NCBI RefSeq assembly: GCF_937981445.1
Contig: NZ_CALJON010000008.1
Location: 124,442 to 188,441 of the forward strand
Reading direction: 5' to 3'
Source of the DNA: an uncultured Veillonella sp.
GTDB lineage: Bacteria; Bacillota; Negativicutes; Veillonellales; Veillonellaceae
DNA: 64,000 bases
Shown here: piece by piece, positions 62,503-64,000 of the stretch
Layout: every line of letters begins with the position of its first letter
How positions within the stretch are numbered: the first letter of the stretch is position 1
Notes under the pieces: model-generated
What the model was told of the DNA's origin: nothing
Databases searched by the model: none
The model's input: the letters and a program-made list of their open reading frames with translations, nothing else
Program-made: the position numbers and the translations under genes

Positions 62503-64000
62503 TTACGCTTCGTCTTCGTTTTCTAATTCTGATTTAGCAATAATAGCTACAGAAGCTACTTTGTCATCACCATCAAGACTTTGAAGTTTAACGCCCGATA
62601 TAGCCTTGCCCTTCTTAACAGCAATATCTTTCATATCAAAGCGAATAATCTTGCCTTGTTCTGAAATTAACATCACTTCATCATCGTCAGTTACGATTTC
62701 AACGGCTACTACATCACCAGTTTTATCAGTAATGCGGAAGTTTTTTGTCCCTTTACCGCCACGTTTTTGAAGTGTATAGGCATCTTCACTATTGCGTTTA
62801 CCAAAGCCTTCTTCACTAATAGTGAAGACTTGGCATACTTCGCCAGTACCATTAATAATGCCCGCACCAACAACTTCGTCACCGCTATTTAACTTAATGC
62901 CACGAACGCCTTGTGCGGAGCGCTTCATGAGACGCGCATCTTCTTCGCTAAAGCGAATCGCCATCCCCTTACGAGTACCGATGAGAACTTCTTGACCACC
63001 TTCTGTAATACATACAGAAATAAGTCTATCTTCATCGCCAAGAGAAATTGCATTAAGACCACTACGACGAATATTGCGATATTCTTCAATAGATGTACGT
63101 TTTACTACGCCATGTTTAGTTACCATGAAGAGATTCAAATCATGATTTACTGTTTCCATATCAATCATGGTGGTCACAGCTTCACCTACATTAAGCGGCA
63201 ATACATTAATTATCGCCGTTCCTCGTGAATTGCGACTGGATGCTTCTGGTACTTCATAGCCTTTTAAGCGATACGCACGGCCTGCTGTAGTAAAGAACAA
63301 TAAGGTATTATGAGTGCGAACATGTAAAATTTGAACTACATAATCGTCCTCTTTAGTCTTCATACCTACAACACCAACGCCACCTTTATGTTGATTGCGA
63401 TATACATTGGCATTCATGCGTTTAATATAGCCTTGACGAGTCAATGTAATTACCATTTCTTCATCGGCAATTAAATCTTCCACATCAAGATCTGATGTAT
63501 CAATGGTAATTTCACTGCGACGCTCATCACCATATTTATGTTTCATATCAGTCAATTCTTCTTTAATAATGCCGCGTTGACGTTCTTCACTAGCAAGAAT
63601 GGCTTTCAAATCAGCAATAAGAAGTTCTAACTGTTTGTATTCTTCTTCGATTTTTTCTCGTTCTAAACCGGTTAGACGGCGTAAACGCATATCGAGAATC
63701 GCTACGGCTTGTTTTTCAGTAAGGCCAAATTTGCTAATCAATGCATTCTTCGCAATTTCATCAGTTTCAGATGCACGAATGGTGGCAATAACTTCATCAA
63801 TATGATCAAGCGCAATTAATAAGCCTTCTAAAATATGAGCACGTGCTTCCGCCTTAGCCAATTCAAACTGCGTACGACGCACGATAACGCCTAAACGATG
63901 GTTTAAATAGTGAGATAGCACTTCTTTTAAAGTCAACACTTTAGGATGACCATCTACAAGGGCCAGCATAATCACGCCGAAAGACTCTTGTAATTGCGTG
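62503..64000 (-). CDS. gyrA: DNA gyrase subunit A, C-terminal part (gene continues beyond the window end)
   Basis: The frame is open to nt 64000. Coiled-coil region, beta-pinwheel repeats, GyrA-box-like YRNQHKGGVGVVG and an acidic tail ENEDEA. A ParC paralog cannot be fully excluded. Confidence 0.8.
   Translation of the reverse strand, partial: TQLQESFGVIMLALVDGHPKVLTLKEVLSHYLNHRLGVIVRRTQFELAKAEARAHILEGLLIALDHIDEVIATIRASETDEIAKNALISKFGLTEKQAVAILDMRLRRLTGLEREKIEEEYKQLELLIADLKAILASEERQRGIIKEELTDMKHKYGDERRSEITIDTSDLDVEDLIADEEMVITLTRQGYIKRMNANVYRNQHKGGVGVVGMKTKEDDYVVQILHVRTHNTLLFFTTAGRAYRLKGYEVPEASSRNSRGTAIINVLPLNVGEAVTTMIDMETVNHDLNLFMVTKHGVVKRTSIEEYRNIRRSGLNAISLGDEDRLISVCITEGGQEVLIGTRKGMAIRFSEEDARLMKRSAQGVRGIKLNSGDEVVGAGIINGTGEVCQVFTISEEGFGKRNSEDAYTLQKRGGKGTKNFRITDKTGDVVAVEIVTDDDEVMLISEQGKIIRFDMKDIAVKKGKAISGVKLQSLDGDDKVASVAIIAKSELENEDEA

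Noticed and set aside
1-64000. Search for mobile elements or a defence island (transposase, integrase, restriction, toxin-antitoxin, cas)
   Set aside because: No ORF shows DDE/tyrosine-recombinase, methyltransferase or toxin motifs. The only accessory-looking gene is the DUF3800 singleton, which is reported as a finding.

Overview
AT-rich chromosomal window from a Firmicute. Gene content and order (ffs-dnaX-ybaB-recR-bofA, addBA, four T-box or terminator leaders, an ECF transporter, lipoprotein-type exported enzymes) fit Negativicutes, probably a Veillonella-like organism; this is inference only, no search was run. I support about 50 protein genes: DNA replication and repair (dnaX, recR, ybaB, addA, addB, a UvrD-type helicase with an embedded exonuclease, partial gyrA), leuABCD, panBCD plus a DUF2520 gene, cysK-cysE, a CyuA-like cysteine desulfidase, queC, cfa, a multicopper oxidase, and several transporters. 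There is also one tRNA-Ser, an SRP RNA, three T-box leaders and many intrinsic terminators. I found no rRNA, CRISPR array, transposase, integrase or phage genes. The best candidate for something undescribed is a 6.7-kb co-directional cluster (42380-49056) of six zinc-ribbon / low-complexity-linker membrane proteins, four with DUF805-type C-termini, around a GH3 lipoprotein. Other items worth a second look: (1) a promoter-to-terminator unit of about 270 nt with no credible ORF (32695-33000); (2) a terminator-containing leader upstream of the pantothenate operon; (3) a T-box leader driving an ECF transporter whose S component is fused to an ATPase, with queC as the last gene; (4) a second, orphan terminator and 95-nt repeats between the leu T-box and leuA; (5) a pervasive class of degenerate short-period tandem arrays in intergenic DNA, some of which supply stop codons. 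Non-coding coordinates were read by eye and may be off by a few nt. Several CDS starts were moved from the ORF-track start to an internal ATG with a better Shine-Dalgarno.
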